From Geosiphon pyriformis uo1 (taxonomy: Eukaryota > Fungi > Glomeromycota), in NCBI GenBank assembly GCA_016748015.1, contig JAAOMT010000660.1, positions 201,875 through 265,874 on the forward strand: 64,000 nucleotides of DNA, in the 5' to 3' direction. Below the pieces are notes generated by a model that was given only the letters and a program-made list of their open reading frames with translations, was not told where the DNA came from and did no database searches. A program made the translations under genes and the position numbers. Each line of letters starts with the position of its first letter. The first letter of the stretch is position 1. This document shows positions 11,599 through 25,710 of the stretch, piece by piece.

Positions 11599-14500
11599 AT
11601 GATTTGGTCTGGAAATTTGCTATGTGTAATATTCAAGGTATCAATGTTCCTGTGAAACAAGTGGACATTGTGTGTTGACATGTGAATTCTGGAAATTTTG
11701 TGTTTTTTGTTACAGAAACTAAATTACGATCTTGTATCAGGCCTTGGATTGCTAATAAATTTGAGAGTGTGCATGTCTTTACATCTGGTTTGGATAATAG
11801 ATTTCTAGATGTTGGGGTGGCTGTAATTATAAACAATTCTTTGGCTTGTTATGTGTCTAAAATAGAGAAAATTCTTGGTCAAGTTTTTTTAATCTGGCTT
11901 TTATTTAAAGACAAGCTATTAGTTATGATTTTGGATTTGTACACTAGTGCTTTTTCTGAAACTAGATTTGGTCAAACTTCAAAAGTAAATTTTTTGATTG
12001 CAAAAACAGTCAACTCTAGTACTTTTGTGGTTTTGGGAGGAGAATTTTAATAAAAATGGGTCTGAGAGAAGTGTGAGCTTTAAGTTCTGTATGGATTTGG
12101 GTTTGGTCAATTTATTTGCTGGCCATTAGTTGGTTGGTTTTTTCACATGGAGCAATTCTAAAGGAGTTGAGAAAACAATTGATTACATTTTTGTCAGTGG
12201 AAATTTATTTTCTGCTATTGCCAGTCATCAAGTCTGCTCTGTGTCCAACTTTTTCGACACTAATCACAATGCTATCTTGGTTTTAATTGGCTTGAGTGGA
12301 TTTTTAAATGTTCATTTGAATAGCTTGTACAAACAGGCTAATAAAGATTATTAGAGATTCAAAATCAAGGACACTAATAACTCCAAATGGGCTAAATTTA
12401 GGAATTGCACTTCTGCCAAACTTTTAGTTATTGTTAACAAATTCTCTGGTACTGAATTCTGTGGTGACATAAATGCTATATGGGCTATTTTAGAGAAAAT
12501 AATGATGGAATCAGCTAATAAAGTTTTTTCAAGACATTGGTTTAGTAAGTTTCAGTGTTTAAGAAATAAACACTCTTCTAAGTTTTTTGGTTTGGAATTA
12601 TTGGTTGCTAAAGTTGTTAGAAAATTCAGCTCTGACAACATGCCTAAAGTTGATTGTCTTGTAAAGATATGGTCAACTCTGGATGATTCTAAAGCTCACA
12701 TCTTTACTAATGTGTTGTGTTCAGAGATAAAATCTGTGGTGGTTCTCAAGCATTTGTCATTAGCTTGTAAAAAATACAGAAAGTCTAAAATGCATGAGTC
12801 AAGGCTGGCTGAGGAGGCTTTTATTAGAAAGGCAATTACAGAGCATATGAAAAATTTTTGTTCCAATAAAGATAGTATGATTCGAAGCATTTTAGAGCAG
12901 TTTTTTTGCAAAGTGGTTTTGAATCACTTGGTAGTAGATGATGGGCTGGTTTTGAAGCTAGAGAAGATAAAATTGAGTATAAATAAGATCATAGAAGATT
13001 GGACAAAGAAACATACAGTGTTTTCAGTTTTACCTGATTACTGGGCTTATCAATATGCACCTTTGGCCTATGTTAGAGATGATGCTTTTTCTAATGTAAT
13101 GTGTACAGTCAGTATAAATAAGTTGCTTTTGGTTGTTGGTGGTTTGCTTGATGGTAAAGCTACTGGCTTGTCTAGTATTCCTAATAAATTATAGAAACAT
13201 GGTAATAAGATGGTGTTGGGATGCCTTTTGGTGCTGTTAAATGTGTGTTTAACTTCTGGTGATATGTCTGCATTATGAAAGAGAGCTTGGGTATTGATAA
13301 TTCTTAAACTTTATAATTGGGATGGAGTTTTCACAAACATCCAACTCATAGCTCTGATTGAAACTGCAAGAAAGATTCTGTTAAAAATTTTGTCTAACTG
13401 TATTTTATTGACATGTAGTAAGTTCAATGTTCTCCAGGATGATAACTTTTCAGTATTAAGGAGTACATTCACACAGTTTCTGGTATTTGCTATTGGGTCA
13501 GTAGTTGAGAATGCTCTTAAGAAGAATAAGAAAATTTGGTTGGTCCTACAAGATATACAGAAAGCCTATGATTCAGTTGGATGGCACCACTTAAGAAATA
13601 GTTTGTAACATGTCAAGATGTGTGAAAAATTCATCAGGTTTTTTGGTAGTATACATAAAGATAGAGTTAACAGAATAATGACTGATTTCAGTTTGTCAGA
13701 TAATTATAGGGTGCATGATGGTTTGGATTAGGATAAAATCTTTTTACCTCTTCTTTGAAGAATCTTTTATGATTCACTTTTGTATAAAGTTAAGAGACAT
13801 GAGCATCTGTGTGAATATCAAATTGATATTAAGTTTGTTTCAAAGACAGGCAAAATTGAGAACAGTGGTGAGTGGACTTCTTATTTTATGGCAGATGTAT
13901 TTGTTGATGACACTATTTGGGTTGGAAACTATTAAACATTCACTCAGTTTGCTTTGAACATTGTCAGTGAATTCTTTGAGATCAACAATATTTCTATCAA
14001 CAGTAAAAAAACAGTAGCCATTCCCATTAATCAGGGCATTAAGGTTCTATTATTGAATATTTGTAGTCATTCTATCACTATTGCCAAGAAAAGTAAAGCT
14101 TATTGTTATTTGGAGATTTTTTTGTTTACTGATGACTTATCCAAGCCAAGTATTGCCAAGGCTTATTTTGATGTTCATTTTTTTATTAATGTTATGCTTT
14201 AAAAGGCCATTACAGATAAGCAATTCTCTTATTTAGTGTTATTTCATTGAATGTGTGTTGCAGATGAGATGTTATGGTTAGGAAGGGTCTCAAGCTTAAA
14301 GTGTGTCTGCTCTATGACTTTTCTGATGTGGTTTTACATCATTCTTCTTTGTATAATCTAAAGCCTTTTATGCAAGTGCAGTCTGAAGTAAAGATGGCTG
14401 CTTTGGTCTCTTTTTCCAATGCTTTAAACATTCTTGGTTACTTGTTTAGTCATAGATTCTTGAACTTGCAGATTCTGGGTTGGGCTTCTTTAAATCTTTT

Positions 14501-16241
14501 GCAGTTTTTTGTCAAGCTACGTGTTAGTCCAGTAAATAATTTCTTAGCAGAATTGGTTAAAATTTTTTTGGACAATAAGTTCTCCTTAGTAAACAATCTT
14601 CCAAATGTCTTTTATAGTCCTGGTTGTTTTCCAATATTGTTAGTTCTTGGGAAGTCTTTGTATTTCAATTTTGTCTGTTTTCTAAGACATTTTGAGATTG
14701 TTTTTAATGATTAGCTTTTTGATAAGAAGAATGGAGTGTTAGATTGGAAGACTTTTTATTGCTAAAAGAAGTTAGATCCATATGGCCCTGTTTCTCATTG
14801 GTTTGTGGTTGCATCTGAGTATTTAATGGGTCTGAATTTTTTTTTGTCTGGTTCTGCAGAATCTGGTCAGTTAGGTGTTATAGACATTCTTAGATCTGAT
14901 AAGTTTTTTGTTATAAAAAATGGTTTGCATGAAATTTGGTCTGGTTTCTTTAAGGTGTTTACTAATAAGTCTTTAAAGAAAGCTGGTTCTGCTGGTGTTA
15001 CTAGTGGAGTGGCTGTTTATTTTTTGGTTTTGGATCTGGGTGTTGATGTTTCAGTTTGTGGTCTTATGTCTTTTACAATAGCCAAGTTATAAACTATAGC
15101 CCTGTTCTTGGAGTGTGTCCTATTTTCTAGTACAGTATTTGTGCATCTCGACAATCAGACTGCTATTGATGCTTGCTTAGCTAAATTGTCTTCTGCTGTG
15201 CCTGATTTTTGCAACCCGTGCTGAATTGAAAGATGTCATATTTTTAACTTAATTAGAGAGAAAAATCTAAATGTGGCTTGGATCAAAGTTAAGAAATATT
15301 CAGGAGTCTTCAATAATATAAAGACTGATTTGGCAGCAGGTATGGCTGCCTACTCTTCTTTTTCACTTTTGGCTAAGGTATATGAGTACTTTTTGGTGGC
15401 TGAAAACACACCTGTTTCTGGTAATGCTTGTCATTTTGTCAGTGATATTTTTTAGTCAATTTGTCATGCTTGTTTGAAAGCTAGTCCTGATTGTGATGTG
15501 ATTCCACATAAACTGGTCAAATGTGTGGACTGAGCTGCTATAACAAAGATGTGACATCTTGATTTTCATATGCTCATTGGATTTACTAGTCAGAAGTTTT
15601 CTAACCTGTACACATATCTGATAAAGACTGTACATAAGTAGTTGCTGGTGACAATTAAGAAGAGAATATATGATAAGTGTTATCTTGGTGTGTTGTGTTT
15701 GTTATACAGTGAGGTGGAATTTTCTGATTATGCTTTTACTTGTGCCCATGATATTGGTGTTTATGGTAAGATTTTGGTCAAAGCTTTTGCACATTGGTCT
15801 TTTTTGTTTGGTGGTTCTGTTTTGTTTGTGTCTGCTGTTTTGTGAGTCTTGTCTTAATGTTTCTTGAATGTTGGATTGTATGCTGTAGTGTATAAGAGAT
15901 TTGTGTTGAGAAAGTGGTGTAAAAAAACTTATGACACTTTTGATAATAAAAAAAAGGCAGATGTCTGGGTTGTTGATTTTGTGAGGTTTGTTGTTAAGTT
16001 ATATTGCATGAAAGTGTGGTTGGTAAAGTCTAGTTATAGAGTGAATATGGAGTGGACTGGTCTGATTCATAATGGCGGAATGATTTCCAGACTGTTTTAT
16101 AATGTGTTCTTAGTGTTATCTAATAGTGTGATTAGATTGCTTAATGTAATTGAGTCTTTTACAGTTAGCTTTAATTATCATAAACTATGTAGTTTCTTTT
16201 CTGGTCTAGGTGGTGCAATATAGGTTAATATAGGGGTGTAG
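11595..16241 (+). pseudogene. LINE1 ORF2 (APE endonuclease - reverse transcriptase - RNase H - CCHC)
   Basis: APE: AMCNIQGIN, VTETKL, VLGGEF, IDYIF, TNHNAI. RT: IALIETARKILLKIL, LQDIQKAYDSVGW, FVDDTIW (~13900). RNase H: FTNKSL..GVAVYF, AWIKVKKYSG. C-terminal CLLYSEVEFSDYAFTC. Confidence 0.9.
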
Positions 16242-16386
16242 TATTGTCTTGTCTGGTCTAAGTGGCTAGCTACATATAATAAGTGTATGAGTCACTTTTA
16301 GTTTGAGTTACTTAGTTTGATTCTATGTATTAAATAGTGGTTGGATTTCATTTATTAATTGTATTAATAAAAAAAAATATGTTAAA

Positions 16387-18673
16387 TAAAATAATATATT
16401 ATAGCTATTTATATTTAAGATTTATTATAAAAAAATAATAATGTTAATAATTTATTATAAATAAAATAAATATAAAAATTTTAGTATAAAATAAATAATT
16501 TATTAATAACTTTATTAATATTTTAATATATTGTTATAAATTAAAAATACAATACTTTTATGTAAAAAATTACAATATGTATTATAAAAATTAGCATTAA
16601 AATTATATAAAAAAAGCTATATAATTTAACAAATATTAATTAACAACAAGAAAATAAAAGATTAATAATTAGTTTAATTATAATTATATTTTATTTTATT
16701 TTATTTTATTTTAATAAATAAAACTTAAACACAATTTAATACAATATATTAAATTAAATAATTTAACATAAATTATGTATTTTTTACATATAACCAGTTA
16801 CTTAAATTAATTAAAGCAATATTATATATCTATTTAATATTAATAGACTATTAATATTTATAAAAAATAAACATAATTTATATAATTTAAAACAAACATT
16901 AAAGCATTTTACAATCTTTAACAATTTAATAATACTATTAAAAAACAACAACAAAAAACTATAGATTATAAAAAATATTAAGTTATTATAAAATATTAAG
17001 TTGTTTTTTTTATAATTGTTCTAAATTTAGACTAAGTCAATTATATTTTATTATAATACAACATATTTAAATTATACACAAAATTAATTATTTAATTAGC
17101 AATTATTTTAAAATCTTTAAAAACAAAAAAAAATTTATATAATATTTTTTAAAAATACAATTTTTATATAGTATAAATAATATTATTAAATATATATAAT
17201 TATAGAACATATAATAAAAACCAATCAAAATTTAATGTAATTTTAATACTTTTTTATAAAAACTAAGATTAATTTATAGAAAAAAAAAAATCTAAGAATT
17301 CAATTTTTTTATAATATAAATACAAAATACTTAAATATTTTTTATTATATAAATATTTACAAATAGTAATAAACAAATAATAATACAAAACTTTTATAAA
17401 AAAAAACACAAATTAGTTATAATTTTATTTATATATTTTATAATTATATAAAAATTTAAATATTTTTAATAAAATTTTACTTATAATTACAGTATTTGGC
17501 TTAATTTTTTATTAAATACAATTAACAAATTTAAAAATATTATAAACAAAAATTAAATATTTTTAAAAACAATTATATTATTAATTTTAACATATCTTTT
17601 ATAAATACAAATAAAGAATACAAAGTCTAAATAAAAAACAATACTAATTAGTTTGTTGATTATTTTATTGTTTATATTATTTAAATGTTTTTTAATTTTA
17701 AATTACTTAATTGTAAAAAAAAAATTTCTAATAATATTTATAATATAATATTTTTTTATTTAACATTAATTGCAAAAATTCAGAACTATTAAATTTAATT
17801 TAAATAAATAAGTATTTAATATAGCTTAATTATCTAAATAAATTACAATACAGCTGAAAATAAAAACATATTTTAAGGTAAACACAATTGTTTATAGTTT
17901 ATTTATAGTTAAAAAAGCAAATTATTTATTTTAATATCTACTACTAAATCTAGATTATTAAAAAATACTTTATATTTTACATTAATTATATTTAAATTTT
18001 TTAAAAAACTATTAATGTAAATATTAATTACATTTAAGTTAAATACCAAAAATAATTTTTTACAGTAAAAAACTTATTAAAACTTAAAATATTAAGAAGT
18101 TGACTATAATTAATAGCAAAAAACTATAAAAAAGACTTTACAATTTAAATAATTAGTTATTAATTTAAACTAAACAGAAATAAAATCTCTAAGATCCAGT
18201 TTTTTTTAACAATAAAAACTTTTTTATTTAAAAATCAAATTTTTTTGGTAAATAGCTGCTTAATAAATACAATATTAAATCTTTTAAAAAAATAATAAAT
18301 ATTAAAAAAAACAAAGGTTTTTAAAACACAAAATATTAAAATACTATCTATAAAATAAAATTATTTATAAAAAAAGTTATAATTCAAAAATATCTTAATA
18401 ATACCAATTAGAAAATTGTTTATTAAATTAATCTTCAACTTAACAGAAAATTGCAACAGATAATTAGAAAATTAATTTAATATTTATAGATCTAAGAATT
18501 TATAATTAAACAAATAACTAAAAACTTTATTAGTATTTAAAAATATGATTATTAAAATCATTGTGTTTTTAATTTATATAATAAAAAATAATAAATAGCT
18601 TTATTTAAAAAAATTTTTGCCAAGCCAGATTTTTTTTTTTTTTTAATTAAAATATTTTATTTATTATATATGT
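16387..18673. other. Extremely AT-rich (roughly 85-90%) unresolved relic sequence
   Basis: No ORFs of 60 aa or more; sampled lines carry 3-9 G/C per 60 nt. Probably an ancient TE eroded by transitions; the family is not recognisable. Confidence 0.5.
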
Positions 18674-19033
18674 TGTTATAGGTAATTATTTGAGGTGTTG
18701 AAACAAATAACAAATTCGTAACTTAGTGCTCAATAGCTAAAAATACTGGTAATTTCTGAAGGTTTTGAAGTTTCAAAATTTTGGTTGAGTTTTTTATATA
18801 ATAAACAAAGATTTAATTGATAGTTTCTTTTGTAATTTTTTTTTTTAGTGTAATGGCTAGTTTATTCTGACAGTTATGCTCTTTTAGTAAGCTATTCTTA
18901 AATTTTTATTATTGTTTTTAAGTTTTTTACCAGATTATTTTTGATATTAATTATTTAATGCTTAATTTCTTTAATTAACAAAAAAAATAAAATAAAATAA
19001 AATAAAAAAAAAAATAAAAAATTAATATTTTAT
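18674..19033 (-). mobile_element. Partial LTR (U5 end) of the family-B type, inverted, interrupted by element B
   Basis: Reverse complement of about 19500-19867 (tgttataggtaattatttgaggtgttgaaacaaataac...). Cut at 19033 where the element B 5' LTR begins. Confidence 0.85.
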
Positions 19034-19867
19034 TGTTATTTATAGAAATTAAAAATTATAATAAATAGATAAAATAGCCAATTAAAAATAAGCATAATAA
19101 AAAAAAATTCCAGAATTTTTTCCAAAAAATTACAGCATTTCAAAATTCCAGAATTTTAGGATTTCTGTCAAAAAAATTAAAAGATTTTAAGGAATCTTGT
19201 ATAACACAAATTATGTATATATAATAAAAGTATTAGAAGCAAAAAAAATATTTGAGATTCAAACAAAATAGTAGTTAGCAATAATTATCTATTCTATACT
19301 TTTTCTTTAAAAGATTGTTTTTTATAACTTAAAGTAAAATCACATTAATATTAATAAAATATCTAATTAATATTCAATTTATATTATCATTGTTTGATTA
19401 AGAATATTAATTACTTTTTCTATTATCAATATTTCATGTTAATAAAATCTAATACTTAACCATATTAGACCAATAGTTTTTGATTATGGCTATTGATAAA
19501 ATAACAAAATTTTTTTTTTCTTATTTTTTTTTATTTTATTTTATTTTATTTTTTTTATTTTTTTATTGTTTACTAATTAATTAAAGAAATTAAGTGCTGA
19601 GTATTTAATATCAAGAATAGTCTCATAAAAAACCTAAGAACAAGAGTAGAAAACTTAAGAATAGCTTACCAAAAGAACACAACTGTCAAAATAAACCAGC
19701 TATTAAACTAAAAAAAAAAATTCACAGAAAAAACTATTAATTAACTTTCTGTCTATTATACAAAAAAATCAACCAAAATCTTTAAAAATTACCAATATTT
19801 TCAGCTATTTTGTACCAAGTTATGGATTTGTTATTTGTTTTAACACCCCAAATAATCATCTGTAATA
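19034..19867 (+). repeat. 5' LTR of element B
   Basis: Runs TGTT...taata (decayed AACA). TATA at ~19215. The first ~400 bp match 29659-30021. Followed by ttTGGTGC (PBS). Confidence 0.88.
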
Positions 19868-22800
19868 TTTGGTGCTTTTTGTGAAATATAATCTAACAAA
19901 GAACTATTACTAACATTAACTATTTAGAAAAATAACAGAACAAAAAATCATAGAAAAAAATTATTTAAGATTTACAAAATCTTTATTTTAATATTACCAA
20001 ACTCATCTCAGACTAACAAATAACTATTAGCCAGCAAAATAAGCTTTCAATTTCTATATTAATGAAAAAATTAAATTCTACTTAGAAAATCAAAAAGATC
20101 CAAAAGCCATACTTAAAATTTTCTATAGTAAATTACTTCAAAACACTATGCTTTTACAAAATTATTTGTTTTGCTTCACTAATTACAAAGATAAATCAAA
20201 AAATTGAGAATTACACTTAGCAGAAATTTTTTATTATTTTTACAGACAAAAAAAAATTACAAATTCCAACAAAAACACCAATAAAATACAACTGTTTACT
20301 TAAAAAAAACCAAGAATTATTTTATCTATTTACTCATCATATCATTATATACCAAAAAGTACTATCCACATATTATCTGGATCTAAATCACCATTAATTA
20401 CAAAAACATCATTATTCAGAGTATTATTTTAAAATAATCAAGAGAAAGCCAAATTATTAGGAACCTATGGCAATTTTTTTGAAAGATTTAATAATATTAT
20501 CAAAACTTTGATTACTATTATTTTAACCAAATTTCGAATTTACCAGTTATTAAAAAAATATTAAATTAGAAAAAAAAAAATAGCAATCAGAAAAATAATA
20601 ATTAAAATCCAATTTTAATTAATCTGGAAATTATAATTTTAATTGTTTAAATTCAGCCAAATCCGAACAATTCAAACTCAGCTTCTATTTTTCCAAAAAA
20701 CTTATCTTTAATTATCCTAATTAATACACTACTAGTAATATTAATTGCTATTTAGCAACAATCACAACAACAGTAATTTGCACAAATAATTTATACACTA
20801 ATTACCAAATTAAAAAAATTCATTAATAAAAAAGACAACATTTAAACATGATTAAACAATATGGCAAAAGCCATTACAACCAATGAATAAGATGACACCA
20901 AAGTCTTACAAGCTATTTTTTACTTCTTATAAAACACAGTCAACTCATGGTATCAGAATTTTGTAAACAAACCTCAAGATTTTAACACATTCAAAACTGT
21001 ATTTTTACAATATTTCAGCAATAATAATAACATTAATTGTCTGTTAACTAGTTTATCACAATAAGTATGTCCAATGTATCTAAATACTCTCTAAAACACA
21101 ATTATATATGCCAAGAATTTTGAATTAACCAAATTTGATGCCAATTATATTCAAATCATAAATCTAGTAATAAATAGATCATTTAAATTAGATACCAAAT
21201 TAAAACAATTTGGCAAAACCATCAATTAGAAAATTAAGGGATATTTAACTAATAATTAAGCAATTTATTAACTTTCTTAATGTTGTAATAATTCAAAAAA
21301 CTCTAATTATTTCTAAAATCAATTATGTTTATTATTATCATTAACTAATTAACTGTAATAACAAAAAACATGTAATTATTATTATTGTAATAAACAAGAC
21401 CATCTAAAAGCAAATTGCTGCTCTAGATTTAATAACTAATAATTAGAAAATCAACATTAAAACTCCAATTACAGATTTCAAATTCAGAACTATGTCAACA
21501 ATTTGTTATTATAATTATACTTATATTAGCTATATTACTTCTAAATAATGCAATAATCTATATATATATCTTCAGTTTATTAGACTTTAACATTAGTAAT
21601 CTATTAACTATAGCTATAAGTAATTTATTAACTCTAACCAATTCAAACACCACCACAAAACTTAACTCAAATATCAACTAGAAACCAAAGACTGAAAATT
21701 ACTTATATACAACAAAATTGGAGATTGGCAATAATTATATACCAATTAATTCTTGGTTTCTTAAATTAGATATCAAGATTGTGCCCAAGAAATTTGAGAA
21801 GTAAGTATACTCAAATTCCAAAATTTTAAAACTATTTAAGTCTTTTGATTATCCCAAAAAATGCCCAATCTAACAACTTAAAACAGCCAAAACAACTACT
21901 TCTCAATAATATTCTATCAGCAATAATCATTAAAGATGAGTTACTTATAATTATCTTTCCTTTCAAATTAAAAAGATTTTTAATAATGCTTCTTTTTAAT
22001 AGAGCCACTCTTAATACCAAACTAATTACTGTCATGTATATTAATACCAAAGTTAATGACCAATTTATTAAGCTAATTTTTAATAGTAGATAGTAGACAG
22101 TATTATTATATGACAACTTATAAACCAATTAAAACACCAAGTTAATCAAACTACCAGTGCTAAAATTATTATAGCTAATAAAACAACAAAGATTTCTATT
22201 GGTAAAATTGATGATTTTTCTTTTAAAATCAATGATATTATTATGTTAATTAAAGTTCTAGTCATAAAAACTACATAATATCAAGCTTTTGTTAGTAATA
22301 ACTGGCTGTTTAAGACCAATACTGTACTTAACTGAATCATACAAAAGTTATAGCTTATTCAAAACAATTAGCATACTTGAATACTAGCTACTTGTAATTA
22401 CTTCAAAGCAACTCAATTACAGTTACTAATAGAATTCGAAAAAAAAAAAAACAAATCTATCTGAAAAGCTTATTAAGTCTTATAAACTAAAAATAATCAC
22501 AACAAGCTACTACTAATACTCTCTTAAAATGACAAAAAAAAAGAAAAAAAAGAGAATGAATCTTAAATTACTATCTCCACAGAAAAAACAAATAATAATT
22601 AATATGTTTTATACTCAATAAAATTAAGAAAAAAACCACTTTATATTTCTCTTAGATACATTAATTGTAAAAAAAGCTTTTTTTTATGAAAGCTTAGATC
22701 TTGTCAAAAAAAAACTACTAAACACATACTTACTATTATTGCAAACTGTATTATAAAAAACATTTTAGTTATTCAAAATAACAAGAAAAATAGAACAATA

Positions 22801-23053
22801 AACTATGTTATACTTGTGAAAAAATGCTATTTAACAAAGAAATATAGAATAACATTCCTGATTAAAAAAAAATGTGTGACATATTATGCCAATATACAAT
22901 TCTTATAAGTAACTAAATAAGCCAAAAAACATTTTTTAATGTTATGTAAAACAAAACTCTCTTATGTTTGAATAATTACTTATACAACAAAGACAAAATC
23001 TGAAGAACAATAAATATTAAAGTTAAAAGTGCTTTACTTAATAAAATATTTGT

Positions 23054-24863
23054 TGTTACAGGTAATTATTTGGGGTGTTAAAACAAATAACAAACTCATA
23101 ACTTGGTGCTGTTACCAGACGAAATTAGAGATATCATTGAGCATGAAACTATCTTATAATTCCTATCATTAATTAGCATATATTATTGTTTCAAATTATC
23201 ACTTATTACATTAGCAAAAATGTCCGAAATTATCATTTAATTAATAACCCAAATTGTACACAACACAAATGTAATCTAATTGCGATGATCAATCATGCAA
23301 TACCCCAAACTATGTAACATTCAAAAGTTCGCCAAAATTTATAGAAATTCGCCGAAATAATTGATAGTTTACCAAAATATTTAATAGTTCACAGAAATAA
23401 CTTGTAGTTCACCAAAATATATCTTTAGTTTAGTGAAATTGTAGAAAATAGCAAAGTTCAAGTTTATAAAATAGTGTTATAACAAGTTGTATAAAAAGAA
23501 GAGCTTTTCTCTTTGAGAAAATGTATCTTACTTTAGATTTATCACTTAGAACCATTCCTACACACACAAAAAGAAATAAATATCAAATAATTCAAAAAAC
23601 CAAATTCTTTAATTATTGCATTTGGAAAATCCTCAAAACCCAATTAAGGTTTTGAAATTGATTAGCTACCAATTTCAATAATTTGTTAGTGACTCCAGGC
23701 CTAGATTGAAACGTTTCCTTTGACAGAATTTCATTTCTTTTACATCTTTTTATTTTTTTTCTTTTATTTTCTTACTATAATCATTTGGGTAGCCTACAGA
23801 CAAAATTTCTGTAGAAGAGTTGACTTTCACAGCAAAGTAACTATACATTTTAGTGAGCTTTCAGACGAGCAATTCCTGAGAAAAAGTTGATGTTTACTAC
23901 AACGTAACTACATAAAGTAACTGGCATGGAATTGGCCATTCCACTTATAAGCCCAGCAATTCAAATTATAGGAGATAATTTGAAGATAAATTCAGTTACT
24001 GGAGGTTCAACCACATCCAGAAAACATGAATTCACAGCAAACAAGCATCGACAACATTTAAGAAAAGAGACCAAAAACCTCTGATAACAGTGCTTAATAG
24101 TTGATAATATTGGTATTTTCTGAAAATTTTGAAGTTTAAAAGTTTTGGTTGAGTTTTTTGTATAATAAATAAAGATTTAATTAATAGTTTCTTTTATAAA
24201 TTTTTTTTTTCAATATAATAGCCAGTTTATTTTAATAGTTATGCTTTTTTGGTAAATTATTCTTAAATTTTTACTCTTATTTTTAGGTCTTTTACCAGAC
24301 TATCTTTAACATTAAATACTTAGTACTTAATCTCTTTAATCAATTAGTAAACAACAAAAAAATGAAAAAAAATATGAAATTAGTATTCTGTCAATAACTA
24401 TGATCAAAAGCTATTAGTCTAGTATGGTTAAATATTAGATTTTATCAACATAAAATATTGATAAAGTGAAATGAATTAATATTTTTTTAATCAAGTAATA
24501 ATAATATGTATTTAAGGATAATAGATAATTTTATTAATATGAAAATAAATTCACTTTAAGTTATAGAAAACTATTTTTTGAAAAAAAGAGTATTTGTTCT
24601 AAATTAATATAAATTCTATTAAATTTTTCTGGAATTACATTTTTTGCTTTTAATATTTTTACTATATATATATAATTTATAGTATACAAAATTTTGCATT
24701 TTCTTAAGCAATATGTTCTATTTTCTCTGACAATATGTTTATTGTTGAGAAATATATTATAATTTTCTAATATTATATTCACTTACTAAGTTTTATTCTC
24801 CTATTGATCTATTTTTCTATCTGTTTTTCTTACTTTTTTCCTTGTATTTTTTTATAAATAATA
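23054..24863 (-). mobile_element. Solo LTR inserted antisense in the element B Cys-rich region; itself split by a family-C solo LTR
   Basis: Ends are tgttaca (23054) and taaataata (24863). The 4-bp TSD is TTGT (23050-23053) / TTAT (24864-24867, G>A). The host pol reading resumes after it. Confidence 0.8.
23110..24089 (+). mobile_element. Family-C solo LTR (980 bp)
   Basis: TGTTAC...ATAACA, flanked by a perfect 4-bp TSD GTGC (23106-23109, 24090-24093). Colinear with 44592-45568 and 49797-50775. Confidence 0.95.
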
Positions 24864-25289
24864 TTATCATCAAAAATAACTCATTAAAACTTGTTGAAAC
24901 TATTTTTATCTTAAATTCAGATATTTTTGTTGACATTCTAAGCAATTTAAAACAATTTCACAAATACTACCAAGATTTAGCACCTATTCAAAAAAAGCAA
25001 AAGCAGCATTTAAAACAATTAAATGCAAGATTCTATAAATATTGCTTAATTTTTAGTGATTTTGAATATTGTAATAATTGTGATTTTATCTACAATCTAC
25101 TATTGCACATAATTTATTTGATTTCTAAAAAAGAAAAACCAATTAGTAGTTGTATTTTGGAATCAAAATCAAAATTTAATTATGATTTAGACTTTAACAA
25201 TAACAACAACAATGGTTCTAATACTATTCACTATAACAACAACAATAATAATAATTTAAACTCTAATTACAACCCTAAACAATAACTTA

Positions 25290-25710
25290 AATAATTCAGT
25301 GATAATAATAAGAGTATTATGTTAGAATATACATATGATACCAATAGAAAATTTGATCTCAGATATCCAAAAAAAACAGCCATTTAATTAAAATTTTATT
25401 TACACATCAATATAAATCAGAAAATAATACTGGAAATTTCAGCAATGATAATTGTTTAATTAGCTTTTAGATTTAGTTTAATAAAAAAAGAGATTAATAT
25501 TAAAAGGAAAATAATTGATGCAGAATATATAAAAAATATTATTGCAATATTATAAAATAACTTAAAAAAAAATATATTATTAAACCAAATAAAAAAATAA
25601 CACAAACAATATTTCTGTCTTTAATTAAAATAGTTTAATTAATGTTAATAGAAACAAAAAAAGAGTTAGGAATTACAATAAAAGAGATAAATAGATTTGG
25701 ATTTACAAAT
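25290..25710 (+). pseudogene. dUTPase domain of element B
   Basis: Decayed motifs HDTNRKFDLRYP, LAFRFSL, IIDAEY, KITQTIFL and INRFGFT, colinear with the cleaner copies in A and C. Confidence 0.75.

Larger units (their letters stand above)
9515..16374 (+). mobile_element. Full-length degenerate LINE (LINE1): ORF1 plus ORF2 with APE endonuclease, RT, RNase H and CCHC
   Basis: Pyrimidine-rich 5' UTR, two ORF remnants, a 3' UTR and an A-tail at about 16369-16374. Flanked by the direct repeat aaatatgttaaa at 9503-9514 and 16375-16386 (TSD). Confidence 0.92.

Noticed and set aside
16254-16275. tRNA A-box-like sequence (tggtctaagtggctag) suggesting a tRNA or SINE
   Set aside because: No B box or cloverleaf follows; better explained as the LINE 3' UTR motif.
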